This document shows positions 18,453 to 28,424 of a DNA stretch of 64,000 bases, piece after piece. The number at the start of each line of letters is the position of its first letter. Positions within the stretch are counted from its first letter, which is position 1. The position numbers and the translations under genes are program-made. This DNA is from Candidatus Thorarchaeota archaeon (GTDB taxonomy: Archaea > Asgardarchaeota > Thorarchaeia > Thorarchaeales > Thorarchaeaceae): contig JAWOEX010000035.1 in the NCBI GenBank assembly GCA_046482545.1, positions 1-64,000 of the forward strand, written 5' to 3'. Below the pieces are notes generated by a model. It worked only from the letters and a program-made list of their open reading frames with translations. It searched no databases and was not told the origin of the DNA.

Positions 18453-20614
18453 TTGCTAACCTCCAACCACTGGCCTGCTTCTTCTTTGTGAACAGGTGTA
18501 GGTCCCAGTTCTACAGCTCTTCCCACCATTTCTCCTACGGCTTCAGTAAACCGATTTGGTTCAGCACTGAACATTCTAAACATTTCAACCCGTTCAGGAT
18601 GCCAACCTATTGCTGCTAGAATCTCTTTAGCCACATCAACTTGGAGTTGGGCAATCTCGTTCGCTGTACCACCCATATGGCATCTATCGGTTTCACAAGC
18701 CGCAATCATTACTGTACTTGCACCATACTCCAGCGCCTTAAACAGGTCGATAATAGAAATTCGGCCTGCACAGGGAACAGATACAAGACGAGTCTGGGGA
18801 GAGTATTCCATCCTGTTAGTTCCAACAATATCTATCGTCGATACGGCGCATTCCTCACAGTGAAAACATAGCGTAAGTTCATTGTCTGGTCCTGCATCTC
18901 TCAGAATCTCTTCTATCTGTGACCATAATTGTTGGTTACTCAGAAAATTTAGTTGAGTAGCTTCAGAGGGGCAAAGACTCTGACAGACGCCGCATGCATG
19001 GCAATTCAATGTATCAATAGCAGCTTTAAACAGAATCTTCTCACCCTCCGCATCCACCTCGGCCTCCTCTGGATCCTGTTCAATCATCAGTGGTACACCG
19101 CGAGGGCACTCTTGAGCACACAAACTACAGCCGATACACTCATCAACATCAAGAACTGCACCACGCGACAGTTTCTCTATATGACCACCTCTGAGCTCAT
19201 TGTGAATAACCTTCGAGGCTGCTTGAGCATCGGTTATTGTCTCGAAAACAAAATGGGGCCCTGTTACACCTCCTACGGCTACGACGCCTCTTCTATGAGT
19301 CTCAGTTTTACGTAGTTTGTCATATAACTCTTTGATATATCCATTATCCTCAACATCGTAACTGAGAGTCTCGGAGAATTTTTCTAAATCCTCAGAAGGA
19401 AGAATAGCTGATGATAACACAATCAAATCAGGGTTCAATTGGAAATACTTGTCGAGTAGTGAATCGTATATTCTCATATGGGTAGTACCTTCTTCTTCCC
19501 AGACCATGCTTACTCGGCCACGAATGTAATCTACACCATTTTCTCGTGATTCCTTGTATATCATCTCATGTTCGAAAGGCACGCGTATATCCATGTATAC
19601 GATGTGCACTTTGATGTCCGGGGATGCTTTCAGAAGCTGGAGAGCATTATCGATTGCGAATGTACAACAAAGCTTGCTGCAATCAGGCCTATAGTTTTCA
19701 TCTCTGCTACCAACACATTGAACCATTACTACTTCTTTGACTTTGCCACCATCCGATAGTCGTTGGAGCTCGCCTTCAGATAACATACAGGACAACTCAT
19801 ATTGTGTGATGACATCTGGGTTTTTTCCATATCTATATTCATCCATCATTGAAGGCTTGAACTCTCGAAATCCTGTGGCAAGAACAATAGCTGATGTCTT
19901 GATCGAGTTTTCTTCTCCATCAGTAGTATAGCTGACCTCAAAATTGCCTATTTCACCTTCAAAGAAGAGAACGCGGGTGTTGGTCATAATTTCTATTTGA
20001 TCATGCTTCTTGATATCTTGGAGACGGCCCGCTATGACTTCTTGCCCGGATTTTTGTGTCGGCGCTACCACGGGAAGGTTTCTAACGTGTCCACCTAGTT
20101 TCTCCTCTATCTCGATAATCGTTATGTCGTATCCTAGATTAGCCAGACTCAGAGCAGATTCTATACCTGCAATACCACCACCAATTACAGTGATATGAGT
20201 GGATACATCCTTTGTTTCATTATCCAATGGTGTAGATAGAGCGGCTAATGATGCACCTCCACGAATCATATCAATAGATTTCTTGGTCGCTTCATCGCAA
20301 TCAGAATGGACCCATGCAGAATGTTCGCGTATATTTACGTAGGTTATCAGTGATGGGTCCTTGCCTTCCGAACGAAGGTAATTATCTATATGGGGCTTTA
20401 GTTTTTGATTTGTACAAGCTGCAATTACCAATCGCTTATCAGCGGTATCCAGCAGTTCGTCTATAGTACTCAAACCATCTTCTTGGCAAAGGGAATCATG
20501 AATTGCAACGGATGAAACAACATCAGACTGCTCTACTTCGCTGACCATTTTTTCGTAATCTAAATCAAGCTGTTTGCCACAGGTACAGAGAACAACGTTC
20601 ACTTCATTAGTCAT
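18449..20614 (-). CDS. hdrA: Heterodisulfide reductase subunit A fused to MvhD
   Basis: N-terminal Cys cluster with NIREHSAWVH, VIGGGIAG, QCVGSRD...CSKLCC, two ferredoxin motifs, and a C-terminal MvhD domain (VPCAGRI, ACETDRCH). Confidence 0.9.
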   Translation of the reverse strand: MTNEVNVVLCTCGKQLDLDYEKMVSEVEQSDVVSSVAIHDSLCQEDGLSTIDELLDTADKRLVIAACTNQKLKPHIDNYLRSEGKDPSLITYVNIREHSAWVHSDCDEATKKSIDMIRGGASLAALSTPLDNETKDVSTHITVIGGGIAGIESALSLANLGYDITIIEIEEKLGGHVRNLPVVAPTQKSGQEVIAGRLQDIKKHDQIEIMTNTRVLFFEGEIGNFEVSYTTDGEENSIKTSAIVLATGFREFKPSMMDEYRYGKNPDVITQYELSCMLSEGELQRLSDGGKVKEVVMVQCVGSRDENYRPDCSKLCCTFAIDNALQLLKASPDIKVHIVYMDIRVPFEHEMIYKESRENGVDYIRGRVSMVWEEEGTTHMRIYDSLLDKYFQLNPDLIVLSSAILPSEDLEKFSETLSYDVEDNGYIKELYDKLRKTETHRRGVVAVGGVTGPHFVFETITDAQAASKVIHNELRGGHIEKLSRGAVLDVDECIGCSLCAQECPRGVPLMIEQDPEEAEVDAEGEKILFKAAIDTLNCHACGVCQSLCPSEATQLNFLSNQQLWSQIEEILRDAGPDNELTLCFHCEECAVSTIDIVGTNRMEYSPQTRLVSVPCAGRISIIDLFKALEYGASTVMIAACETDRCHMGGTANEIAQLQVDVAKEILAAIGWHPERVEMFRMFSAEPNRFTEAVGEMVGRAVELGPTPVHKEEAGQWLEVSK

Positions 20615-20621
20615 TGTTTGT

Positions 20622-21896
20622 TCACATCCTCTCTTGGAGTATTTTACTTGCTACAGCTCGCGCTTGGGTAACACTTTCAGGTACTTCCGCAGGCCCAATT
20701 GCACCCCCACAAGCATATACATGGTCACCAGCCAGGACCTCAGTATCAAGAAGATTAGCTGGGCTTACGTAGCCGCTAGCCGATTTAAGACCTAAATCCT
20801 CAATCATTTTGCTCATACCATTAGAGGGTTCTAGTGCAGACGAGAGTACGAGCAAGTCTACATTTGTTTTGAAATACGTGTCCAGAAGGGAATCGTATAA
20901 GGTGATGTCAAGTGTGTCATCTTCAAGAGGCCTGACTTCAGCCACTCTTCCGCGCGTGAACTCTACACCCGCTTCTCTCGCCTCACGGTAATAACGCTCA
21001 TGCTTGTCATAAGTTCGGATATCCATATAGACTACAGAGACATCCGTTCCATTTCTCTCTCGTCGTATGATATTTGCATGTTTTAGAGCAAATACACAAC
21101 AAATCTTGGAACAGAATGGATGATAGTTCTCATCTCTGCTCCCTACGCACTGCACCATGAGCAGTCTTTTGACTTGGGCACCATCAGAGGGGCGAACCAC
21201 TGCTCCATGAGAGGGGCCATTCGGATCTAAGATTTTGGCCAATTCGAGCTGAGTGATGACATTGGTATAATGACCATATCCATATTCATCAACCTCGTTT
21301 GGTTTCATCTCTTGATAGCCTGTTGCGATGACAATATCAGATACGGTAAGTGTGCTCACTGTTGGTTCAGCTTTCAAATCAATGGCTCCTGTTGGACACT
21401 CCTCTTCGGCTTTGAGGCTGCCTTCGTCCTGCTTTTCAGGATCGAAGACAACTGACTGAGGCTGACATTGAGGAGATAGGAGCGAAAACGCCTCCGAAAG
21501 TTCCATGCATGCTCCACACATGGTGCATTTCGCTGGATTCACATATTGTGCACCCTGCTTGAAGCGAATCTCAAATAATCCTGGTTCGCCACCGATTTCT
21601 TCTATTTCTGTATTAACTCGTAGGTCGATGTTTGGTTGATCTAGTAACGCGCTACGATAGAAGCATTTTCTTATTCCTGGTCGCGACCGATTGCTTTCAA
21701 AACAATAGAAACAATCGTCGGTTGGAAATGCTTTGTAAAGATTTAACGCGTTGCCACCTACACTAGTCTCCCGGTCAACGAGTATAGTTTCAACGCCGGA
21801 ATCAGCTAGCTCGACAGCTACAGTCAGACCTGCAACACCAGCCCCTATTACCAACACCGGTTTAGACATCTCAGATTTCACCCTATTTGGAGACAT
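20622..21896 (-). CDS. hdrA: Short HdrA-like flavoprotein (alternative start 21869)
   Basis: VIGAGVAG, KAFPTDDC, QCVGSRD...CSKICC. Confidence 0.9.
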   Translation of the reverse strand: MSPNRVKSEMSKPVLVIGAGVAGLTVAVELADSGVETILVDRETSVGGNALNLYKAFPTDDCFYCFESNRSRPGIRKCFYRSALLDQPNIDLRVNTEIEEIGGEPGLFEIRFKQGAQYVNPAKCTMCGACMELSEAFSLLSPQCQPQSVVFDPEKQDEGSLKAEEECPTGAIDLKAEPTVSTLTVSDIVIATGYQEMKPNEVDEYGYGHYTNVITQLELAKILDPNGPSHGAVVRPSDGAQVKRLLMVQCVGSRDENYHPFCSKICCVFALKHANIIRRERNGTDVSVVYMDIRTYDKHERYYREAREAGVEFTRGRVAEVRPLEDDTLDITLYDSLLDTYFKTNVDLLVLSSALEPSNGMSKMIEDLGLKSASGYVSPANLLDTEVLAGDHVYACGGAIGPAEVPESVTQARAVASKILQERM

Positions 21897-22758
21897 GTTC
21901 TAGTATTGGTTCTGCGGGGACCCGGTTCAGATAGAGTCCGATTTCATCCTCACTCAGGCCCATCGCAAGCCCGAGAATTTGTGGATAATGCAGAATGGGG
22001 ATATTATACTCCTCACCATAGGTGTTCTTCAAATCTAGTTGCTGAAGGTCCAATTGATTCCCACAGGCAGGACACACAACAATAGCAAACTGAGCGCCTG
22101 CTTCCTTCATCGATTTCAATTTATCACGAGCGAGCCGTATTGCAAGTGCTTCATCTACAGGAAGGACTGTGGCCCCGCAACATTGTTTCCAAAGAGGGTA
22201 CTCGATTACCTCGGCCCCGGTTACTGCAACGAGTTCCCTGAGCATGTCAGGATCGAACTCGGTTACATCCTTAGGTCTGAGCAAATGGCAACCGTAGTGA
22301 ATTGCGATTTCCACACCATCCAGTGGATTTGTTATACTATCTTTGATACGGTCAATACCTATGTCAGTATACAGGGCTTCCACAAAATGACGAGGTTTTG
22401 CATCGCCTGTGAATTTCAACCCTTTAGATGCTAACTCAGAATTCACCATCTCAACGTATTCTTCGTTATGCTGTAGATGGTAATAGACATCCTTCAAAGA
22501 GCCAAAACAGCCATTGCAAGGGGTCACGATATCGTTTCCGTTCTTGTCTGCAATTGCCAAAGTACGGGCATTGACCTTCATCCATCCCTCATAGTCGATT
22601 GCTCTCAGGTTAGGACTCCCACAGCAGGCTACTCCCTCCATGTATTTCAATTCCATATCAAAGATATCTGCTACCTTTAGCATGGAAGCTTCGTAATTGG
22701 GGTAATTAGCGGGCACGCTACATCCAGCATAAAGATTGTATTCTACCAATTCAGTCAT
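21883..22758 (-). CDS. hdrB: Heterodisulfide reductase subunit B
   Basis: Two CCG domains (ACCG, PCNGC, HYGCH, QCCG, CPAC). Confidence 0.95.
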   Translation of the reverse strand: MTELVEYNLYAGCSVPANYPNYEASMLKVADIFDMELKYMEGVACCGSPNLRAIDYEGWMKVNARTLAIADKNGNDIVTPCNGCFGSLKDVYYHLQHNEEYVEMVNSELASKGLKFTGDAKPRHFVEALYTDIGIDRIKDSITNPLDGVEIAIHYGCHLLRPKDVTEFDPDMLRELVAVTGAEVIEYPLWKQCCGATVLPVDEALAIRLARDKLKSMKEAGAQFAIVVCPACGNQLDLQQLDLKNTYGEEYNIPILHYPQILGLAMGLSEDEIGLYLNRVPAEPILEHVSK

Positions 22759-23293
22759 CCTCCTCTGCAATTCTCCCAGTTCGAGACTTCTTCAGCATGC
22801 TTTGAACTTCTTCTGTCTGGAGACCTGGTAGACTTGGCTCAAGACCAAGATCTTCACGCTCCCAATCTGCAGTGATAACATATAGCTGGCCTTGTTGGAT
22901 AATTTCCTTTCCCAACTCAGCCACATTGGGAGGTATTCGACCTTTCTCAGATGCTAAATTCTTGCAGTCAAAAAGGATGTCCGTAACACGAACATTTTGT
23001 GGACACCGCTCTTGACACTCAAAACATGTAAGGCACAACCATATTTCATCCGATGTTAGTACTTCCTCTCTCATGCCAAGTAGAATCATGCGTATCAACT
23101 GATGGGGTTTGTACTCCCATGAGTTGGCAATGGGGCATGCTGCGGTACATGTTGAGCATGCAAAGCAAGCACCAAGTTCTTCACCATTTGGCATGCTGTG
23201 AATTTCTTCACGGAATTCTCGATCTAATTGTGAGAGTTCTATGGGATCAACGAGCGTGACTGGGGGAACAGCCTTTTCTTCTGTCTTCGCCAT
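22751..23293 (-). CDS. hdrC: Heterodisulfide reductase subunit C
   Basis: CFACSTCTAACP and WLCLTCFECQERCP. Confidence 0.95.
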   Translation of the reverse strand: MAKTEEKAVPPVTLVDPIELSQLDREFREEIHSMPNGEELGACFACSTCTAACPIANSWEYKPHQLIRMILLGMREEVLTSDEIWLCLTCFECQERCPQNVRVTDILFDCKNLASEKGRIPPNVAELGKEIIQQGQLYVITADWEREDLGLEPSLPGLQTEEVQSMLKKSRTGRIAEEDD

Positions 23294-23545
23294 TTGGGAT
23301 ACACCTAGTAAGACACTAGACGAAGAAGCAACCTTAGAGGAGTATTAAAAGCTTACAGAGGCGACAATCTTTTTCCCTCACTTCTGGAGTAATCACAATC
23401 TTACAGAGCCCTAAACAACTCGGTATGTCAAAGCGTAAGATTTCTGTAAGATTTGACGTGAACCGATGGACCTGTCCAGAACTGTTTGTTTACCTTCTCT
23501 CTTCTCGAGGACTAGGGGGTTTTATTACCCAGTACGAAACAACTC

Positions 23546-23977
23546 CACAGCAGGACTAGGGCGGTGGGCCACTCCTCAAAGGGAGAAGAGCTCAGCCCCG
23601 AAGGCTGTGAGGAAGACCCCGTCTTCTAGCAGAAGTCCTCACTCTCCAAACAAAGAGCTCCATCAAGTCCTGGAGAATCCGCGGCTGTTCACCATGTCCG
23701 TAATGGACCTTCTCAGTTATGGCTACAAGGCTGAGGTGAGTGATCATGACCACGCCGTGGTAAGGACTGTGGAAGACCTCGCTGTCGCCGGGAGTGATGA
23801 CCCGGGATGACGACAGGAGATGGAAACCAGAACCGCGGGAAGAATCCCATTCCGATGAACGTGGATAAAGCCCCTGCTGACTCAAGGGCCTATGGGTACC
23901 TTGGGGGCGGCGACGCTGGCAGGGGAAGGGTGGAATACAGAAGTTTCATGCAGTGTACGCAACTGTAAGAAACAGGT
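23546..23977 (+). ncRNA. Orphan omega-RNA-like locus (tnpB 3' remnant lacking the nuclease)
   Basis: Collinear with the 874-1300 tail both as nucleotide motifs and as translation (AGLGRW vs TGLERW; AVVRTVE in both). Ends in GAAACAGGT; TATA-like TTTTATTA at ~23520. Confidence 0.65.
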
Positions 23978-24048
23978 CATCTGGAGACCATTCCCGGCCA
24001 AACCTACAAGCTAAGAGTGCAAGACAAAATGACACAATGGTTGAGTGA

Positions 24049-24270
24049 CTAGCCCTCTTCTGGCAACCCTACAGTCCATATGATAGCAAAAATCAAGATA
24101 ATACCCCCGATAACTGCCAGCTCGTATGCGATAATATCCAGAAGGGGCCAGACAACAATGGGAGGAAGAAATGGAGCTGATATAGCTAGGGCCATAGAAA
24201 CCACAAATGCCAAAATCAATAGCCAGTGCACTTTGGAGGGTACATTCATTCTGAGTTTATTCACAATCAT
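24049..24270 (-). CDS. Small two-TM membrane protein
   Basis: 73-aa hydrophobic ORF overlapping the upstream gene. Confidence 0.65.
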   Translation of the reverse strand: MIVNKLRMNVPSKVHWLLILAFVVSMALAISAPFLPPIVVWPLLDIIAYELAVIGGIILIFAIIWTVGLPEEG

Positions 24271-24592
24271 TCCACCCTATATTCTTTGTTCCGTAGTCAC
24301 TACCTTCAACAGTGGACAGCAAATCCTGTATTTCGGACCGTACTGCCTCTAGGTCATTAAGACTCTCTTCTTCGAGATTATCTGCCAGCTCGATAACGTA
24401 TTTCCTGAGGTCTTTAGGTTTTCCACTGACCCGGGTTAAGATGGATTTCTCACCTGAAAGCAGCCGGAGGATTCCAGATAGAGCAATACGTAGTTTCTCA
24501 TGCCGCTTCTTTGCGGATTTTTTCTGAGTATCAATGGTTTTCATCAATTGCTCAATTTGGTGAATCAGATTGTTTTTGCACATTTTTATCAC
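24257..24592 (-). CDS. Hypothetical helical protein
   Basis: 111-aa ORF in the operon after gins. Confidence 0.6.
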   Translation of the reverse strand: MIKMCKNNLIHQIEQLMKTIDTQKKSAKKRHEKLRIALSGILRLLSGEKSILTRVSGKPKDLRKYVIELADNLEEESLNDLEAVRSEIQDLLSTVEGSDYGTKNIGWNDCE

Positions 24593-25211
24593 TAGAATCC
24601 AAATCCTCAGGTACTACTCTGGCGACAATTCCATCTCTTAGCCACGTTCTGGCGTTAGCAATGGGGATAGTTGCCAAATCCTCCTTGCGGTATGGGCCAT
24701 ACTCAACCTCATCCAGCCCAATGAATTTGTCCTCAATTGGTTCTAAGAATCGTACTAGGACATATCCCTCTGCATCCGGTGATATCTCTTCTGGGGATCG
24801 TGTGTCTTCTTCCGGAGGTGAAGTTTTTCTTTCGGTTTTTCCCGCAATCGTCATATCCACAAAATTCTGATGACCTTTGAAAGCTCGTCTCAGACGATTG
24901 TAGAATTCTTCTTCCTGTAATGTCATATCGGACTGTAAATCCTCATCTGATACAACTGCTGAAAGTATTTTCTGTTTTCGAAGTAATAACAAGTCTTTAA
25001 TCATGAATTCCAGATTCATCACTTCTTGAGTCAAAAGGCTCGCTTTCAGTTCCTGCTCAGCTTTGGTCTTAGCTAGCTCTATTCTAACATTAGATAGGTA
25101 GCTAATCATATTGCTGAGCTTTAAATCCTGTAAATCCAAGAGCGTATTATTTTCCAATTCACGTTCCCATGCAAGTCTTACCGAATCGTAGTCTACTTCA
25201 TCTTGACTCAA
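24552..25211 (-). CDS. GINS subunit (Gins51/Gins15)
   Basis: Helical A-domain (LLRKQKI, MTLQEEEFY) plus C-terminal B-domain VLVRFL...YGPY..EDLATIP..NA; located after priS. Confidence 0.85.
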   Translation of the reverse strand: MSQDEVDYDSVRLAWERELENNTLLDLQDLKLSNMISYLSNVRIELAKTKAEQELKASLLTQEVMNLEFMIKDLLLLRKQKILSAVVSDEDLQSDMTLQEEEFYNRLRRAFKGHQNFVDMTIAGKTERKTSPPEEDTRSPEEISPDAEGYVLVRFLEPIEDKFIGLDEVEYGPYRKEDLATIPIANARTWLRDGIVARVVPEDLDSSDKNVQKQSDSPN

Positions 25212-26640
25212 TCGTTGCTACCCCCTTGCATAATGCGAAAATTGCTGCAGGCATCGGCAAATCTACTATCTCTTCATTATATGGTCCATAGGTCGTATCT
25301 CCTATTCTAAACTCGGGTACATCAATGCTCTCACCCATAAACCGTACAGTCAAGCTACCATCATGAAATGCGAGTGCGTCTGTGAAAGGATCAAAATCAT
25401 CGATGTCATCACGTTCTAGTGCACACACCTGAAATCCTGTCTTTCCATTCAAGCTACCAATAAGGCGAATCACGCGGTGTATATCATGGGTGACGGGTAT
25501 ATCTGTTTCTCCACCATAGTTCTCAACAGCTTTCATCGCAATATCCCCCCAGAACTTCTCTCCTACGCCCTTCACTTTCGGACTGAGTATAGGTGGCGTT
25601 CTCATCAATCCCTCAATCGCTGCTGCTCTATGAGCCTTCAGACGTTTAACCCATTGTTCGTCCCCTTCATAGGAGTCAATTTTCCTGATGAATGCAATCA
25701 TTGCCTTCGATAGCCGGTTCCCCCAGCCAGGGACATCATACTGACGAAGCTCGGCCGTAGGCAAAGGATATTCTCGGGAAACCACTGTCAGACTATGTCT
25801 TCCGCGAGAAGCAGTTGTAGCCGCAGCCGTCTTGAAACCCACGCCCATGATGTAATGAACTATCTCGATTCGAGCATTTGAATCGAGTTTAAAGACGCGA
25901 GGATCTTGCACCCGAATATGGTAACCACGATGACCGCTATAGTTCATCTGAATGTTGCTTGGGTCTATGCCGAAATCATTCACTAAGAATTCATCGTATA
26001 TCTTTAAGGTATTCTGTTTAGCATCCTCAAGACAGTGCTCACATATCCACTTTCGTGTACTGAAGCTCTGTCCTCTGCACTCAGGACAGCCGTTATCTGG
26101 AGGGTTCCCGGTTCCTGTCGTACCGCATTCAGGGTTGTTGCATCTCCAAGCATCATGTTCCCGCGTACATGAACAATCAAGATGGTCAGCATCAATATCG
26201 AAAATGAGTTCTGCCCCTTGCCAATCTTTCTCATTCATATGACGGGCAACAGGAACATCATAGAATGCTGCCGAGTGGTAAACACTATGGGGAGCATCAG
26301 CGATTAGCTCATTCAAGAGGGCTGAAGAAGACCGGAACCCTTGATGTCGAACCCAGTTGTTAACTTTGATAGCAGTGGAATCACAATACGGGCATTTCTG
26401 AATCTTCGTGAAGGATCGTCCCGATTTCCCGCACCCGACTGTCTTCTTTCCGTCCTCGTCATTCGGAAGATATCGCTCTGGGCAATGCCATGTGTATTCC
26501 CATTTTTCCATGCCGAATTCGCGCCGTTCGATTCTATCGGGAATTACCACGCAGTCTGCATTGTTGCGATAGTAATCTTGGAAATTAAGTTGTAAAAAAC
26601 GCCGTGTTTTCTTCTTGGACTGGGCACGTTTTGATTTCAT
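25198..26640 (-). CDS. priS: DNA primase catalytic subunit with zinc-ribbon insertions
   Basis: RREFG, ELIFDIDAD, YSGHRGYH, DIPVTHDIHRVIRL. Confidence 0.95.
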   Translation of the reverse strand: MKSKRAQSKKKTRRFLQLNFQDYYRNNADCVVIPDRIERREFGMEKWEYTWHCPERYLPNDEDGKKTVGCGKSGRSFTKIQKCPYCDSTAIKVNNWVRHQGFRSSSALLNELIADAPHSVYHSAAFYDVPVARHMNEKDWQGAELIFDIDADHLDCSCTREHDAWRCNNPECGTTGTGNPPDNGCPECRGQSFSTRKWICEHCLEDAKQNTLKIYDEFLVNDFGIDPSNIQMNYSGHRGYHIRVQDPRVFKLDSNARIEIVHYIMGVGFKTAAATTASRGRHSLTVVSREYPLPTAELRQYDVPGWGNRLSKAMIAFIRKIDSYEGDEQWVKRLKAHRAAAIEGLMRTPPILSPKVKGVGEKFWGDIAMKAVENYGGETDIPVTHDIHRVIRLIGSLNGKTGFQVCALERDDIDDFDPFTDALAFHDGSLTVRFMGESIDVPEFRIGDTTYGPYNEEIVDLPMPAAIFALCKGVATIESR

Positions 26641-26763
26641 TTGTTTCTTTCACGCCTTTAGTCCATTGATTACTACGGCCACTACCAACTTATATAGAGA
26701 TTACAGACCTAGAGGGGGGTAGGATGCGCTCTTCAGGCAGCTTGTTTGTGAATCTTCTGTTCT

Positions 26764-27516
26764 TTATCTTCGTTCAACCCGCGGTGCCAATACGAAATTG
26801 ATTCGGCCACCTTCAGCAATCATGAATTCAAGTTGTATAGGTTTATTTTTGCTGTACTGCAACTTCATACTATCGCTTGACATGGCTTTGGCAATTTCTG
26901 AGAGGTAATTGAGAGCATACATTGATGTAGAGCCCTCTTTCACTTCCAAGTCATAAAGCGAGGAATCTTCACCTGCTGTGAGCTCAACTTCTGCTTCTCC
27001 TGTATCTCCTTCTCCAGTAAAGGTCAGGCTCTTTTTATCAGCAATTATCTTGACATGGTTTGAAATTACGCCAATATCCTTGACTGATTGTTTGAAGGAA
27101 TCAGTAAACATCTCAGCCTTTACGTCAAAGCTGAGGTCAGGCTTCTTGGCTGTATCTTCAGGAGGGGTAAGAAGCTGTAGCTTGAACTCACGTTCAGCTC
27201 TGCCAATCATTCGAATTTCAAATCGCCCACCATCTTTGTCCAGATTAAATTCGAGTCTGTCATCCCCTGCCATACGCTTGCTTACTTTTGACAATTCATC
27301 GACACCAAGACAAACGTTGTGTTCATCATCACAAGCGTACTCTTGAAAAACGGCTGCCGGTAGATTGAGGTCAATCATTGCCGCTTTAGATGAATCTAGT
27401 TGTCTCAGTTGTATACCAGATTTATCGATTTGAAAGTTGACTTCCGTTAGCAGCGTGGCTAAGGCATCAACGATTTGTTTCCATGTTTTAGTGCTATCTA
27501 ACGTTGCGTGAAACAT
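26764..27516 (-). CDS. pcna: PCNA sliding clamp
   Basis: 250 aa; LDSSKAAMIDL, YALNYL, FVLAPRVE. Confidence 0.95.
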   Translation of the reverse strand: MFHATLDSTKTWKQIVDALATLLTEVNFQIDKSGIQLRQLDSSKAAMIDLNLPAAVFQEYACDDEHNVCLGVDELSKVSKRMAGDDRLEFNLDKDGGRFEIRMIGRAEREFKLQLLTPPEDTAKKPDLSFDVKAEMFTDSFKQSVKDIGVISNHVKIIADKKSLTFTGEGDTGEAEVELTAGEDSSLYDLEVKEGSTSMYALNYLSEIAKAMSSDSMKLQYSKNKPIQLEFMIAEGGRINFVLAPRVERR

Positions 27517-27530
27517 TTCAGCTCCTCCGA

Positions 27531-27908
27531 TTATTGGCTAAGTGCACGAGCCACCTTTTCCTCCAGCTGCAGCGCTTCCTTATACTCTTTGATGTCAAGA
27601 TCCTGGATGTTGCGGGCAATAGAGACAATCAAATGAAGCTCTTTGCCGTCATCAGTGGCTTTCTCTGTGACATCACCAATCAGTAGGTACCGTTCTTGTT
27701 CATTTAGCTTCCCTTTTACAATCGCCTTTATTGTCTCGGCTTCATCCACATCATCAAAGATGTCTTGTACCAAGGCCATTCCGGACTCAGATTCAATAAC
27801 AATACCCATTATTCTTACGGGGCCATCAGTATCCGATGCGAGTTCACGGATAGTTGTGAGCTTAGCCGGTTTTGTGCGCGGAAAGCTATCTTGAGACATT
27901 GATTTCAT
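27531..27908 (-). CDS. RPA3/RPA14-like single OB-fold protein
   Basis: VRIMGIV...LIGDV OB-fold pattern with C-terminal LDIKEYKEAL helix. Confidence 0.65.
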   Translation of the reverse strand: MKSMSQDSFPRTKPAKLTTIRELASDTDGPVRIMGIVIESESGMALVQDIFDDVDEAETIKAIVKGKLNEQERYLLIGDVTEKATDDGKELHLIVSIARNIQDLDIKEYKEALQLEEKVARALSQ

Positions 27909-28022
27909 ATCACCAATTGGTATCGCTGGTTCAGTCAGTAGCTTGAAGGACAGAATCAACTTGAGTACGTCGGAATATAATAGTTTACTATTCTATTAAA
28001 GGTCAGAGTCAAGCTATGGATT

Positions 28023-28352
28023 CTATCCACCATAGTTTCGCCAAGTGTGTTTGCATTTAGTACATCTGTAGAATTCTGTAGCGCCTTCATCTGCACGTCT
28101 TGTTTGAGATGTCCAGAAGTATGCCTCATTATGCCCACAACGTGGACATTCTGCAGTAGTCTTGGGTAATGGTACTGATTCTTCTTCAACGATGATGATT
28201 TTATCGCGCGGAGTCTTCTCTATGCTCTGTGAAACTTTGAGTTCCCCTTCGATTGCCTTCTCATGGCTACAGCTCCTGCATTTCAATACTCGATTACCAT
28301 CTTCATCTTCTGATGGAACCATCATTGCACCACATTCATCACAGAACTCCAA
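28023..28352 (-). CDS. tfs: Transcription factor S
   Basis: Two zinc ribbons and QTRRADEG. Confidence 0.95.
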   Translation of the reverse strand: MEFCDECGAMMVPSEDEDGNRVLKCRSCSHEKAIEGELKVSQSIEKTPRDKIIIVEEESVPLPKTTAECPRCGHNEAYFWTSQTRRADEGATEFYRCTKCKHTWRNYGG

Positions 28353-28424
28353 TTCTAAAATACCTCGCGCGCTCTTCGGTGGCAGGTAGTATAGCTCAAT
28401 TAAGGGTTACTGAAACGCACTACG

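Noticed and set aside
18449-23293. Selenocysteine recoding in HdrA/MvhD
   Set aside because: The ORFs are open with Cys at the relevant motifs and no in-frame TGA is needed.
23466-23885. ORFs 23466-23810 and 23592-23885 as real genes
   Set aside because: They are explained as residual frames of the tnpB tail/omega-RNA remnant.
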